In this document: piece by piece, positions 11,601-21,679 of the stretch
How the letters are laid out: each line of letters opens with the position of its first letter
Position numbering within the stretch: position 1 is the stretch's first letter
Source of the DNA: a virus
Lineage: Duplodnaviria > Caudoviricetes
IMG/VR virus record: IMGVR_UViG_3300031857_000014
Length of the DNA stretch: 64,000 nucleotides
Direction: 5' to 3' (one strand)
Notes under the pieces: generated by a model
What the model saw: the letters and a program-made list of their open reading frames with translations, nothing else
Database searches by the model: none
What the model was told of the DNA's origin: nothing
Made by a program: the position numbers and the translations under genes

Positions 11601-12920
11601 TTAATTATCACTTGGCATGTCTATACCTAAACCACCAAGAAAATCTCGTAAATCATCATCGTCAGTATCATCCGTGATATCGTCTAAATCACTTTCGAAC
11701 TGTTGAACCGCTTGTTCAAATTCTTCGTCTTTTAACATTTTTTCAATACCATCCATTAACTCATTCATAAGTCTTTTACCTTTATCAGTACCACCTATGA
11801 CCTCTTTAGCAAATACTAAGAAATTTCTTGCTGGTAGTTTGAATATTTCCGCAATTAAATAATTCTGTAATTCGTATTTATCCGTATCAGTTAAAATTTC
11901 TTCAGGGAATTGTTGTCTAATTCTGTCCCAAATAGCTGGACCTAATCTTAAATCCCACATTTCTTTTTCTAATGTATCTTCAGACGCTTGTACCGCACTA
12001 AATGTTTCTTCATCACTTGGGTCACCATGATGCGACAATAATTCTAACCAACCTTTAATTAATTCATGAACTAATACAGGGAAGTTTATTGCTCTCACAG
12101 TAATCTTTGGTGGATCAGAATTTCTATCAACGGACTCTTTACCACCAACCATAGGTTCTCCACCTCCACCTCCCATCATCATCTGCATTTGGTCATCACC
12201 TAATTGCCAATATAGAGTATCATTAATTGACATTAACACACCATATTGATTAATTAAATTTTCAGAACCGGTAATTTCTCTTATTTTATCAGCAACATAA
12301 TGGTACATGTAATGACCCCTTTTTGATGCTCCTTGAATTATATTGTTTATTAATCTTCTTTTAGCCTTTTCTAAATCTAAATTTTGTAAATCGTTTGCTA
12401 AATCTTCTTCAACTTCTAAATTAACTTCAGGAGCGTTTTGTTGTCCTTGATTTTCTCTATTAAAATCACTAGCATCTATTTCTCCTAAACCAACAATTTT
12501 TGCATCAAATTCAACAGCACCTTCAGGTATTGAAAATTCTTTCATAACTAATTCAATACCTAATTTTTCTAATGCGTCTCTGTGTGCTCTTTCAGTTTGA
12601 ACAATTTGATTATGAGCACCCATCATCATTTGAGTCAATGGACCTAAATCACCCATAGTTCTCAAAGGAGTATTAACACCAGTATATTGTCTAACTTTTT
12701 GAATTACTTGTTTATATCTTTCAGACGCTAGCAACTCCTGAAAGTTTTTGTTTGGTTCGTCACCTGTTTTAGGTAACGGTACCTTTTTTAAAGGAGTATC
12801 ACCGGCAGCCAATTTTGCTTGGATGTCGGGACTTGGTCTATCTTCCGTATCAAAGTCCATTGCCATTTCTTCTATGTTTTCTTTGATGAAAGATAACAAA
12901 TTTTTTTTACTTATTTCCAT
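11601..12920 (-). CDS. Conserved phage hypothetical protein (acidic), likely virion-associated
   Basis: 439-aa ORF; AKRRLINNIIQGASKRGHY and FPVLVHELIKG (HExxK) motifs. Confidence 0.6.
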   Translation of the reverse strand: MEISKKNLLSFIKENIEEMAMDFDTEDRPSPDIQAKLAAGDTPLKKVPLPKTGDEPNKNFQELLASERYKQVIQKVRQYTGVNTPLRTMGDLGPLTQMMMGAHNQIVQTERAHRDALEKLGIELVMKEFSIPEGAVEFDAKIVGLGEIDASDFNRENQGQQNAPEVNLEVEEDLANDLQNLDLEKAKRRLINNIIQGASKRGHYMYHYVADKIREITGSENLINQYGVLMSINDTLYWQLGDDQMQMMMGGGGGEPMVGGKESVDRNSDPPKITVRAINFPVLVHELIKGWLELLSHHGDPSDEETFSAVQASEDTLEKEMWDLRLGPAIWDRIRQQFPEEILTDTDKYELQNYLIAEIFKLPARNFLVFAKEVIGGTDKGKRLMNELMDGIEKMLKDEEFEQAVQQFESDLDDITDDTDDDDLRDFLGGLGIDMPSDN

Positions 12921-14103
12921 TTTTCAAACTTTTTTTCTCGGATAACGCTTTTGGTTTATGATCCGGTCCGGGACCTGGTATGTAAGACGGTTTTTTTGGT
13001 TTTTCTCCCGGAGTTGGTATAGGTTTTTCTCTTACAGGTGTTTCAGTTGGTGCCGGTTTTTCCTTTGTTTCACTTGAACTCATAATTGAGTCATATGTCA
13101 TAAATTCAGGAACACCATTATGTCCTTTTTTAGCCTTAGTTGATGGCATTGGAATCGCAGCTGTTTCAACCTCGTTAAGTTTTGTTTTAATTAACTCCAT
13201 AATTTCATTTTTAGATGTAAATGGATGATAATTATTTTCCACAATATCTTCAACCCAATTTCTAATTTCTTTAGTTTCTTTTAAATTTTTAAGTGTCTTT
13301 GCAAGTCTTGCTCTTTGACCTAATTTACCACCTTTTTTTGCAGCTGCTTTCAATTTACCTGCAGGAATTGTTTCGTCTTTTTTTACACCTAACGCCTTTT
13401 TTAATGAACCTTTTTTGGAAGGATGTAACGCTTTTTGAATCCATTTTTTATCATTTTCATTAACCACATTATCTTCATTTGATAATTTATAAGCGTTAAA
13501 TTCAATACCTGATTTTCTGACAGCACCAACAATTACACCTTCTTCTTTCATCTCGTTCGCCATTTGATTCACAAGTTCTTCTGAAACTCCACGAAAACTA
13601 ACTAATCCCGCATATTCGTATTTATATCCCGTTCCTTCAGATTTTGTAAAACCTCTAACACCTGTTGTAATTGTTTTATATGGTTTCAGTTCGTGTTTTT
13701 TAAAGATACGATTAATCACTTTTTTGACAGGACTCATTTCACCTTCTTTCATTTCAGTTTTTTTACTTCTAAGTAATTTGAAATCTTCTTTATCTATTTT
13801 ACCATTTTTATTTTTGTCTAAAGCGGATAATTGTTTCTTTGTTGGTTTAGTTTTTTCTTCTTTTGTTACTTGTATATGACCTTGTTTAGAAATATCCGCA
13901 ACTTTTTTTGGGTCATTAATTATTGTATTGATAGCCTCAGCGTCCTTTGGGTTATTCATGCTATAAACCTTAACTTGCTTAGTCAACTCCTCATTTAACA
14001 TTCTTTCACATAAAGAATTAAGTTGTTTATCTGTTAAATTTACTAATGTATTTCTGGAAAGACCTTCACCTAAAAGTCTTCTTACCATTTCAACTCTTGT
14101 CAT
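12907..14103 (-). CDS. Hypothetical virion-internal protein with an EF-hand-like motif and a basic KKWIQKA..GSLKKALG domain
   Basis: LDKNKNGKIDKEDF; KWIQKALHPSKKGSLKKALGVKKDETIPAGKLKAAAKKGGKLGQRARLAKTLK. Confidence 0.55.
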   Translation of the reverse strand: MTRVEMVRRLLGEGLSRNTLVNLTDKQLNSLCERMLNEELTKQVKVYSMNNPKDAEAINTIINDPKKVADISKQGHIQVTKEEKTKPTKKQLSALDKNKNGKIDKEDFKLLRSKKTEMKEGEMSPVKKVINRIFKKHELKPYKTITTGVRGFTKSEGTGYKYEYAGLVSFRGVSEELVNQMANEMKEEGVIVGAVRKSGIEFNAYKLSNEDNVVNENDKKWIQKALHPSKKGSLKKALGVKKDETIPAGKLKAAAKKGGKLGQRARLAKTLKNLKETKEIRNWVEDIVENNYHPFTSKNEIMELIKTKLNEVETAAIPMPSTKAKKGHNGVPEFMTYDSIMSSSETKEKPAPTETPVREKPIPTPGEKPKKPSYIPGPGPDHKPKALSEKKSLKNGNK

Positions 14104-14501
14104 ATTGTTTTGAATTTAATTTCTTCGTTAATAAGTAAGTAACCTCTTACTTTTAATTTTTTGGTTACGTTATCTAATGTCTCACCAAATTTAAATGTCA
14201 ATCTTTCATCTTCGGAATCAATATCAAATTTTTCCCAAGCTAATGAAATTACACCATCTACAGCATCAATAACTCCGAAATAATCGGAGTTTTGAATCAG
14301 TTCTAAATTCAGGTTGGTATCTTTTAACAAACCAACCAAATCAATATATTCAACGTTTGGTGATTTTTGTCCTGTAGATAAAGATGCAGGAATTACAAAC
14401 CATTCATCCATGTCAAATTCTGAGCTCTTACTGAAAATGAACTCATATTGTTTCTGACCCTTGTAATCTGAACCAATTTCATTGACATAGATTAATTTCA
14501 T
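14100..14501 (-). CDS. Hypothetical protein
   Basis: 133-aa ORF within the operon. Confidence 0.6.
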   Translation of the reverse strand: MKLIYVNEIGSDYKGQKQYEFIFSKSSEFDMDEWFVIPASLSTGQKSPNVEYIDLVGLLKDTNLNLELIQNSDYFGVIDAVDGVISLAWEKFDIDSEDERLTFKFGETLDNVTKKLKVRGYLLINEEIKFKTI

Positions 14502-14503
14502 TA

Positions 14504-15511
14504 TTATTTGAAATATTTACTCAAAGTTTTATTTATCGAATCATTAATATCTCTCTTTATTTCATCCAAATCTAATTCTTGAATATCAGATTTACCTTCA
14601 TTACCTAAATCAGCGTACTTACTCAAATCAATTTCACCATAATTAGCAATTGGTGTATTAATAAAACTTTCTAGTTTGTCCATAGTTTCACCTAATTCAG
14701 ATTCTTCGCCACCCATTTCAGGTTCTTCTGACGGCATTTCTTCATCACCCATTTCAGGTTCTTCTGATGGGGATTCTTCACCTTCTTCTTTAGGTTCAAA
14801 TTTTTTCGCAATATCGTCTAAATCATCTTCTTCTAATTTCTCCAAATCAACCGCAGATATGACCATGTTTAAAACATATTTAATATCGTCACTTTCCATT
14901 TTTTGTTTTTGGTCTCTTAATTCTTGACCTAATTTACCTGCGAATTTTTGAATTTCAGCCATATAATCCGATGGTTTGGAACCTTCTTGACCACTCATTT
15001 CAGGTTCTTCTGATGGCATTTCTTCACCACCCATTTCTTCACTTGGTGGTGGCGGTGTCATTTCTTCACCTGATGGAGGTGGAGGAGGAGTCATTTCAGT
15101 AGAAGGTGCTGGAGGAGGAAAAGGAGGTACAGTTCCATCACTAGATGGTTCTTCAGAGGAACCTTCAGATTTTTGTTTTAATACATATTTGGTGGCTTCT
15201 TGTAATTCTTCTTGACCTTTTAATAATTCAAGTCTTTTCAACGCTTCCGCATATGAACTAAATTTATTTTTATTTTTCATGAATAATCCACCGATATAAT
15301 CGAGTGAACTTTCATTCAAACCTTTCTTTACATAATATCCATCCTTCTCTTTTACGATTCCGTAAACACCATTATTAGATTCTTTTACTACTTGTACTTT
15401 AGAATCAGATGGTTTATTATTGTTTGTTTTGTAGTATGTGAGTTCGAGGATTCTTTTTAATTTTTCGTCTCCTGCTAATTTCTCACTACCTAGTGGTTTG
15501 TATTCTCCCAT
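14504..15511 (-). CDS. Acidic, Pro/Glu-rich hypothetical protein
   Basis: 335 aa with duplicated EEMPSEEPEMG; late motif upstream at 15546-15553. Confidence 0.6.
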   Translation of the reverse strand: MGEYKPLGSEKLAGDEKLKRILELTYYKTNNNKPSDSKVQVVKESNNGVYGIVKEKDGYYVKKGLNESSLDYIGGLFMKNKNKFSSYAEALKRLELLKGQEELQEATKYVLKQKSEGSSEEPSSDGTVPPFPPPAPSTEMTPPPPPSGEEMTPPPPSEEMGGEEMPSEEPEMSGQEGSKPSDYMAEIQKFAGKLGQELRDQKQKMESDDIKYVLNMVISAVDLEKLEEDDLDDIAKKFEPKEEGEESPSEEPEMGDEEMPSEEPEMGGEESELGETMDKLESFINTPIANYGEIDLSKYADLGNEGKSDIQELDLDEIKRDINDSINKTLSKYFK

Positions 15512-15581
15512 TTTTTAATAAAATTAAATTGGCTTATTCTTAACCTATAAATACAATGATAATTCAAAAAATTAACGTTAA

Positions 15582-16661
15582 TTATTGTGGTAGAGATAAT
15601 TTTTTATCGATTGCGGTACTTTTTAAATTAAGTAACTTCTCGATATATCCATTTCTTCTCAAAAGTTTGAATGTTAAATTTTCGTATGAATATTCACCAC
15701 CATCCTCTAAACCACTCTGTCTGAATTTTTTTATTTTATTTTTTAGGTCGTCTATTTTTTTAACTATGTCTTTATCATCACTATTTGAAACCAAATCATC
15801 TATCTGTTTAGCATATTCTTCACCTTTCTCTAGAATTTTCCTATCATCAATTTTAGTATTAACTTTTTGAGGTTCTACTAACCATTTATTGTGTAATATA
15901 GAATAAACTCCGGAGGAAATATGTTCTTCATCAATGTCTTGAACGTATAATTCAACATCAAATCCTTTTATTTTAATATTATGGTCTTTATTCCATACGT
16001 TCTTTTTACTATTAAAAAATTCTTTTACGATATTATGAAGTATTTTTGAATCCGTTTTTTTACTATTATCAAATTCATCCATATCAAGAAGTATATGTAA
16101 GTCAACATCCGAGAATTCCGACCAATTAAAATTTGCTAATGAACCTGTTAAGATTATATCGTGTATAAAAAAATCAACATCTATAGATTCAATAAAATTA
16201 TTAGCAATTTCTAATAATCTTTTTCTAATGTTTTCTTTCATTTCATAACCACTATCAACTCTACGGAATATATCATAACAAAGATGGTCTTTACTTTCAA
16301 ATGAAGAAATAATTTTTTTATCTAATTCTTTATCCTCTTCTAACTCACTTTCCTTACTTAAAATATGATTAATTAATTTAGTCATGTTTTCAGCGGTAAA
16401 TCCTTGAGTTCCGATACTACCATTAGGTCTTCTTAAGATTTCTGTAGGTATTAATTTAAAATCACCATTTACAATTGAGGGGATTTTTTTAACATTTAAC
16501 AGATTTAATAAATTCGCTCGATGATTACCATCATTTATCACATATGTATCATCTGGCATTTTAGAAATTTCAACAGGATTAGATATCACAAATTTTAATA
16601 TTTTTTGGATATCCTGTTTATTATCTCTTAATTGATATATTAAATCTTTAAACTCACTCAT
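15582..16661 (-). CDS. ParB/Srx-like fragment fused to a Pol-beta-family nucleotidyltransferase
   Basis: N-terminal PVEI..YVINDGNHR; central ILTGSLANFNWSEFSDVDLHILLD and DVELYVQ (GS..DxD plus third acidic residue). Confidence 0.7.
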   Translation of the reverse strand: MSEFKDLIYQLRDNKQDIQKILKFVISNPVEISKMPDDTYVINDGNHRANLLNLLNVKKIPSIVNGDFKLIPTEILRRPNGSIGTQGFTAENMTKLINHILSKESELEEDKELDKKIISSFESKDHLCYDIFRRVDSGYEMKENIRKRLLEIANNFIESIDVDFFIHDIILTGSLANFNWSEFSDVDLHILLDMDEFDNSKKTDSKILHNIVKEFFNSKKNVWNKDHNIKIKGFDVELYVQDIDEEHISSGVYSILHNKWLVEPQKVNTKIDDRKILEKGEEYAKQIDDLVSNSDDKDIVKKIDDLKNKIKKFRQSGLEDGGEYSYENLTFKLLRRNGYIEKLLNLKSTAIDKKLSLPQ

Positions 16662-16903
16662 TTTACTTTAGTGTATTTATAATTTTTTGATATATTCTGA
16701 TTAAAAAACTTTCCCTGAGATTCCGCTAACCTTAATTTCGCAAACACTTCCCATGGAACTTTATTATACTCATAAATAGAGCCATTATTAAAAGTGATAG
16801 TTAAATCTTCTGATTCGGTATTAAATGATGCTGATTTAAGATTACTTGAATTGATTTCAACCATAATCATTTTACCTTCAATTTTTTCTGATGTAATTGC
16901 CAT
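16658..16903 (-). CDS. KTSC domain protein
   Basis: SSNLKSASFN..LTITFNNGSIYEYNKVPWEVFAKLRLAESQGKFFNQNI. Confidence 0.85.
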   Translation of the reverse strand: MAITSEKIEGKMIMVEINSSNLKSASFNTESEDLTITFNNGSIYEYNKVPWEVFAKLRLAESQGKFFNQNISKNYKYTKVK

Positions 16904-16943
16904 AATATTTCTTTTTAAAGAATATACTTAATAAATATCAAAT

Positions 16944-16970
16944 AAAAAACCCTCCGTAATAGGAGGGTTC
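16944..16970 (-). terminator. Terminator after hsp20
   Basis: AACCCTCC-tattac-GGAGGGTTTTTT on the minus strand. Confidence 0.7.
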
Positions 16971-16975
16971 AATTA

Positions 16976-17353
16976 TTAATTCAGAGAAATGAGTCGTTCA
17001 ATTGACTTTCTCCTACTTCTTGGTAGAGTAATCTCTACTACCCCGTTTTCTACTTTACCCTTAATGTTTTTTTCATCAACATCTTCAGGTAAACGATAGG
17101 ACTTTTTAAAAGAGTTCACAAAAGAATATGTTTTATCATCTGTTTCTTGTTTTTCATAAGACACAGTTAAAACATCATCTTTCAAAATAATCTTTATGTC
17201 CTCTTTTGACAATCCGGGTACCGCTAAATTTATACGGTACTCGTTTTCGGTTGTTATTACATCTGATGACTTTTTGTTTTTTGATTGATAATTTCTGTCA
17301 TCAAAGAAAGAATCAATCATCTCTTTGAATGGATCTCTGTAAGTTGTTAACAT
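16976..17353 (-). CDS. Small heat shock protein Hsp20
   Basis: YRINLAVPGLSKEDIKI, FKKSYRLPEDVDEKNIKGKVENGVVEITLP alpha-crystallin motifs. Confidence 0.92.
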   Translation of the reverse strand: MLTTYRDPFKEMIDSFFDDRNYQSKNKKSSDVITTENEYRINLAVPGLSKEDIKIILKDDVLTVSYEKQETDDKTYSFVNSFKKSYRLPEDVDEKNIKGKVENGVVEITLPRSRRKSIERLISLN

Positions 17354-17508
17354 AATATATAAATTTTTGTAATAGAAAAATCAAATTTTGCACCTTTCAA
17401 TATTATTATGACATTTTTTCATATTTATCATAAATTAAGTGACATTTTGTCGATAATTTTTTATTTCAAATATTTTGAGTTATATTTTTTTGATAAAACT
17501 AAATTTTA

Positions 17509-19521
17509 ATGTCAGTAGATTTTTTTGAAGAAGGTCCAACTTCAAACCAAAAGAAAGTAAAAAAAGGTTCTAACACACCTATTTTAGATAATTTTTCAAG
17601 GGATTTGATAAAATTAGCTGAAGAGGGTAAAATAGATCCGGTAATTGGTAGAGATATTGAAGTAAAAAGAATTGCACAAATATTATCTCGTAAAAAGAAA
17701 AATAATGTGGTAATTGTTGGAGACGCGGGAGTTGGTAAATCTGCGTTAGTTGAAAAACTAGCACTTATGATTTATAAAAATCAATGTCCACCAAATCTTT
17801 TAGAAAAAAGAATTATGTCTTTAGATTTGACATCACTTGTCGCTGGTACTAAATATAGGGGTCAATTTGAAGAAAGGATTAAAGCAATTCTTAACGAACT
17901 ACAAGAAGCACCTAATGTAATTGTTTTTATAGATGAATTACATACCATGATTGGAGCAGGAAACGCAAGTGGTTCAATGGATGCTGCCAACATATTAAAA
18001 CCAGCATTAGCTCGAGGTGAAATTCAATGTATTGGTGCAACCACATTTGATGAATTTAAGAAACATATCGAAAAAGATAGTGCCTTGGTAAGAAGATTTC
18101 AAAAAATAATTCTAAAAGAACCAACACAATCTGAAACAGTTGAAATTCTTAATAATATAAAAAATTCTTATCAGAATTATCATAAAGTATCATATGAAGA
18201 AGGGGTTATAGAAACAATTGTAAAATTATCAGGTAGATACATTACAGATAGACAATTTCCGGATAAAGCAATTGATGTTATGGATGAACTTGGTTCCGAG
18301 AAAAAAGTTTCTGATAAAATACCTGATTCAATAGATAAGATAAAAAAACAAGCGGAAGAATTAAAAGAAAAAAAATTAGAAGTTGTTAAATCACAAAACT
18401 ATGAATTAGCTGCAAAACTTAGAGATGAAGAAAGAAAAATTTTAACATCATTAGAAGAAGAAAAACAAAAATGGAACAACATTAAAAAAGAGAACAAAAT
18501 CCCAATTTCTATTGATGATGTTTATCAAATTATATCTCAAATGACGGGTGTTCCTATTGCAAAATTGGATAGTAAAGAAACTGAAAAACTTTTAAAATTA
18601 GAAGAAATACTAAGTAATAAAGTTATTGGTCAAGATGAAGCAATTTCAATCATATCCAAATCAATTAGGAGAAATAGAGTTGGAATCAAAGACGCAAACA
18701 AACCAATTGGTTCTTTTATATTTTTAGGTTCCACTGGAGTAGGTAAAACATTTTTAGCAAAATCACTTGCGGAAGTTTTGTTTGGTAATCCTGAAAACAT
18801 GATTAGAATTGATATGAGTGAATATATGGAAAAACATAATTTATCAAGACTAATAGGTTCTCCTCCCGGATATGTGGGTTATGATGAAGGTGGACAATTA
18901 ACAGAAAAAGTTAAAAACAATCCATTTTCAGTTATTCTATTTGATGAAATAGAAAAAGCTCATAAAGATGTGTTTAATCTTTTACTTCAAATTTTAGATG
19001 AAGGACATTTGACTGATTCCTTTGGTAGGAAAGTTAATTTTACAAATTGTCTAATTATTATGACATCAAATGTAGGTGCAAGAAAAATATCTGATTTTGG
19101 TGATGGTGTTGGTTTCGCAACTAAATCTACTGAACAACAAAAATATGAAGTTAGAAAATCAATAATTCAGAAGTCATTAAAACAACAATTTTCACCTGAG
19201 TTTTTGAATAGAATTGACGATATTATCCTCTTCAATTCTTTGAATAATGAAACACTTAAAAAAATTATTGATATAGAATTAAAATTACTTTCTAACAGAT
19301 TACTTGAAAAAAACTACAAAATCAATTACGATATCTCTGTTGTTAACAAAATTTTTGATTTAAATTCACAAGAAGAATATGGTGCAAGACCATTAAAAAG
19401 AATTATCCAAAATTTATTGGAAGACTTTTTAAGCGAAGAAATTTTAAAAGGAAATATTGTGGAAAATAAACAAGTAACATTGAGGTACAAAAACGATAAT
19501 CTAAAAATTTTTAAAAAATAA
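17509..19521 (+). CDS. ClpC-like AAA+ unfoldase lacking the N-terminal Clp repeat domain
   Basis: Two AAA modules (GDAGVGKS / FIDELH; GSTGVGKT / LFDEIEKAH), UVR-like linker ([15 protein letters not shown]), putative ClpP-binding VGF loop; sequence begins just before [11 protein letters not shown]. Confidence 0.9.
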   Translation: MSVDFFEEGPTSNQKKVKKGSNTPILDNFSRDLIKLAEEGKIDPVIGRDIEVKRIAQILSRKKKNNVVIVGDAGVGKSALVEKLALMIYKNQCPPNLLEKRIMSLDLTSLVAGTKYRGQFEERIKAILNELQEAPNVIVFIDELHTMIGAGNASGSMDAANILKPALARGEIQCIGATTFDEFKKHIEKDSALVRRFQKIILKEPTQSETVEILNNIKNSYQNYHKVSYEEGVIETIVKLSGRYITDRQFPDKAIDVMDELGSEKKVSDKIPDSIDKIKKQAEELKEKKLEVVKSQNYELAAKLRDEERKILTSLEEEKQKWNNIKKENKIPISIDDVYQIISQMTGVPIAKLDSKETEKLLKLEEILSNKVIGQDEAISIISKSIRRNRVGIKDANKPIGSFIFLGSTGVGKTFLAKSLAEVLFGNPENMIRIDMSEYMEKHNLSRLIGSPPGYVGYDEGGQLTEKVKNNPFSVILFDEIEKAHKDVFNLLLQILDEGHLTDSFGRKVNFTNCLIIMTSNVGARKISDFGDGVGFATKSTEQQKYEVRKSIIQKSLKQQFSPEFLNRIDDIILFNSLNNETLKKIIDIELKLLSNRLLEKNYKINYDISVVNKIFDLNSQEEYGARPLKRIIQNLLEDFLSEEILKGNIVENKQVTLRYKNDNLKIFKK

Positions 19522-19569
19522 TTTGGTAAATATTTGTTTTTTTGTAAAAACATATATATTTATATTCTT

Positions 19570-19672
19570 GGAGGTTCTCTTTGTCGATTACCTTTTCGTT
19601 TTTTTTCATAAGTAAGTGGAGTTGAACCCACCGAAAGACCTTCTAACCCCGACATCTCGTTGGGGTTTTTTT
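19570..19672 (+). ncRNA. Candidate small structured RNA with its own late-type promoter and terminator
   Basis: TATTTATA at 19557-19564; GGAGG/CCTTC closing helix; GTGG/CCAC hairpin; AACCCCGAC/GTTGGGGTT terminator followed by a T run. Confidence 0.4.
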
Positions 19673-19715
19673 ATAACATTTTTTTTTTCAAATCATTTTT
19701 GTTATATTTAACAAT

Positions 19716-19907
19716 ATGAGAAAATATATTTTAATTTTTGTCGCATTTGCACTTGTTGCAATTGCTTCTTGTGGAACAGGGTCAACCACATCCGACACAA
19801 CAGAAACAACGGACTCAACAGTAGTCACAACTGACACAGTAATAAGTGAAAGTGTTGATACTACTAAAACAGAAGCTAAAAACTGTGCTGATAGCTGCAG
19901 TAAATAA
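19716..19907 (+). CDS. Small lipoprotein with Thr/Ser/Asp-rich tail
   Basis: Signal II lipobox IASC (MRKYILIFVAFALVAIASC). Confidence 0.75.
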   Translation: MRKYILIFVAFALVAIASCGTGSTTSDTTETTDSTVVTTDTVISESVDTTKTEAKNCADSCSK

Positions 19908-19986
19908 TTTCTGAACCGATTAATAAGGCCGGTCAAACGGCCTTATTTTCTTTCTCATTATTAACTAACCTTTTTATACTATAACT

Positions 19987-20409
19987 ATGACTAACACTAA
20001 CTACGTGGGGGACTTAATCCTACTAAGAGGACTACCAGGTTCCGGTAAATCAACACTTGGTGAAATCATACTAACAAATTTTATAGATAAACCTGATGTT
20101 TTATCTGCTGACGATTATTTTATAAATTCTGAAGGTAACTATGAATTTGATGGGTCGAAATTAAAAGAAGCTCACAATGATTGTCAACAAAGGTGCGCAA
20201 ACAAAATGAGAAATGAGATTTTAAAGATAGTTGTTGCAAATACTTTTACTGAAGAATGGGAAATGGAAACATATTTTGAAATGGCTGAAAGATACAGATA
20301 TAGGGTACATACCGTAATTGTGGAAAATAGACATGGTAATAAAAACATACATGATTGTCCCGAGGAAAAAGTATCACAAATGAAAAATCGATTTAACATA
20401 AAACTGTGA
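19987..20409 (+). CDS. P-loop kinase (AAA_33 / polynucleotide-kinase-like)
   Basis: LILLRGLPGSGKST, LSADDYF, IVVANTF..WE, HGNKNIHDCP. Confidence 0.82.
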   Translation: MTNTNYVGDLILLRGLPGSGKSTLGEIILTNFIDKPDVLSADDYFINSEGNYEFDGSKLKEAHNDCQQRCANKMRNEILKIVVANTFTEEWEMETYFEMAERYRYRVHTVIVENRHGNKNIHDCPEEKVSQMKNRFNIKL

Positions 20410-20592
20410 ATAAATTTTTTTATCAAAAAGTTATCAACAAGTGGATTTTTAACATAATCCCGACCTTACATTTGTATTTCGAGTCACATTCTCCACTTGA
20501 ACATAGACGATTACTAAAAGACGGTATTACCGGGATTTTTTTAACCTTCTCTTGGGGTAAATGGGAATTCATTTTTGGGTACACAAAGAATT

Positions 20593-21006
20593 ATGGATAA
20601 AATAAGAATATACTTAGATGATGTACGTACACCTAAACAGGATACTTGGGTAATTGCTAGAAATTATGATGAATTTGTAAAAATAGTAAATGAAAATGGG
20701 TTATCCTCAATTGACTTCATTTCATTAGACCATGATTTAGGTGAAAGTGCAATGAAAGAATATTTCACAAACGTAAGCCCAAATTATAAATTGGATTACA
20801 ATAATATTTCTGAAAAAACAGGATATGATTGTGCAAAATTTTTAGTTGATAAATCGATTCAAGATAACGTCCCTTTACCTCTAATATATGTACACTCCGC
20901 CAATCCAATAGGTTCTGCGAATATTATGGGGTACGTTAACAATTACTTAAAAAACTGTAGACTACCACAGACATGTGTTAGAATAAGAATAGATCATACA
21001 ATATAA
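20593..21006 (+). CDS. Cyclic-phosphate-processing receiver-like domain protein
   Basis: IYLDDVRTP, WVIARNYDEF, ISLDHDLG, TGYDCAKFL, VHSANPIG. Confidence 0.75.
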   Translation: MDKIRIYLDDVRTPKQDTWVIARNYDEFVKIVNENGLSSIDFISLDHDLGESAMKEYFTNVSPNYKLDYNNISEKTGYDCAKFLVDKSIQDNVPLPLIYVHSANPIGSANIMGYVNNYLKNCRLPQTCVRIRIDHTI

Positions 21007-21024
21007 AATAATAGACTAATTTAA

Positions 21025-21339
21025 ATGGCAAAGAAAAACTACTACAAAATTTTAGAATCAAAAGAAAAATTTGAAGATTTTACTGATTTTTATGATAAAA
21101 ATAGACCTTATATATTGAAAACAATAATTGAAGTTTTTGACGAATTTTTGAAAACAAAAAAACAAAAATTATCAATTCTTGTGGTTGGTAACATTCAAGG
21201 ATTAGAATGGGATACTGAATTTCATTTTACAAGAAAAGATACAATTGTACTTAAAAGAGATGTGTTATCCTATTTTGAAGAAATTGAAGATTATGATACC
21301 TGTTGTATAGTAAGAGATTTATACAAAAAATTAACATAA
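21025..21339 (+). CDS. Hypothetical protein
   Basis: 104-aa ORF. Confidence 0.55.
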   Translation: MAKKNYYKILESKEKFEDFTDFYDKNRPYILKTIIEVFDEFLKTKKQKLSILVVGNIQGLEWDTEFHFTRKDTIVLKRDVLSYFEEIEDYDTCCIVRDLYKKLT

Positions 21340-21375
21340 AAAAAAGTCGGATAATTTCCGACTTTTTAATTATAT

Positions 21376-21654
21376 CTAAACTATTGGTTCTTCGGGGGTT
21401 TCAGAAATTATAGTTGGTTCTTCTTTCTTTTTATGTGAAAATTTATCCAAACTATCAGCACCCATACCAATTGCGGTGATAATCATAACAGCATCGACTA
21501 ATGAATCTGATGGTTTTATGTCACCATGGGTAAATGAGTTTATTAACATTGTACCACATAGAAATATTGCACCTAAAAATGCAATTACCGGTTTAATTGA
21601 TGTAGAACCTCTCTCGTCTTTAAAAAGTTCAATAATCCATTTTTTGAAAGTCAT
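21376..21654 (-). CDS. Small two-TM membrane protein, possibly holin-like
   Basis: Two hydrophobic segments, charged C-terminus; function inferred from size and topology only. Confidence 0.45.
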   Translation of the reverse strand: MTFKKWIIELFKDERGSTSIKPVIAFLGAIFLCGTMLINSFTHGDIKPSDSLVDAVMIITAIGMGADSLDKFSHKKKEEPTIISETPEEPIV

Positions 21655-21679
21655 TGTGTAAGTTTTTATTTGTGTTTAT

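Noticed and set aside
19581-19625. Phe-rich 14-aa leader peptide (TTG start after GGAGGT) as an attenuator
   Set aside because: TTG start, SD-independent host, and the GGAGG is tied up in the closing helix; the downstream lipoprotein has no link to Phe metabolism
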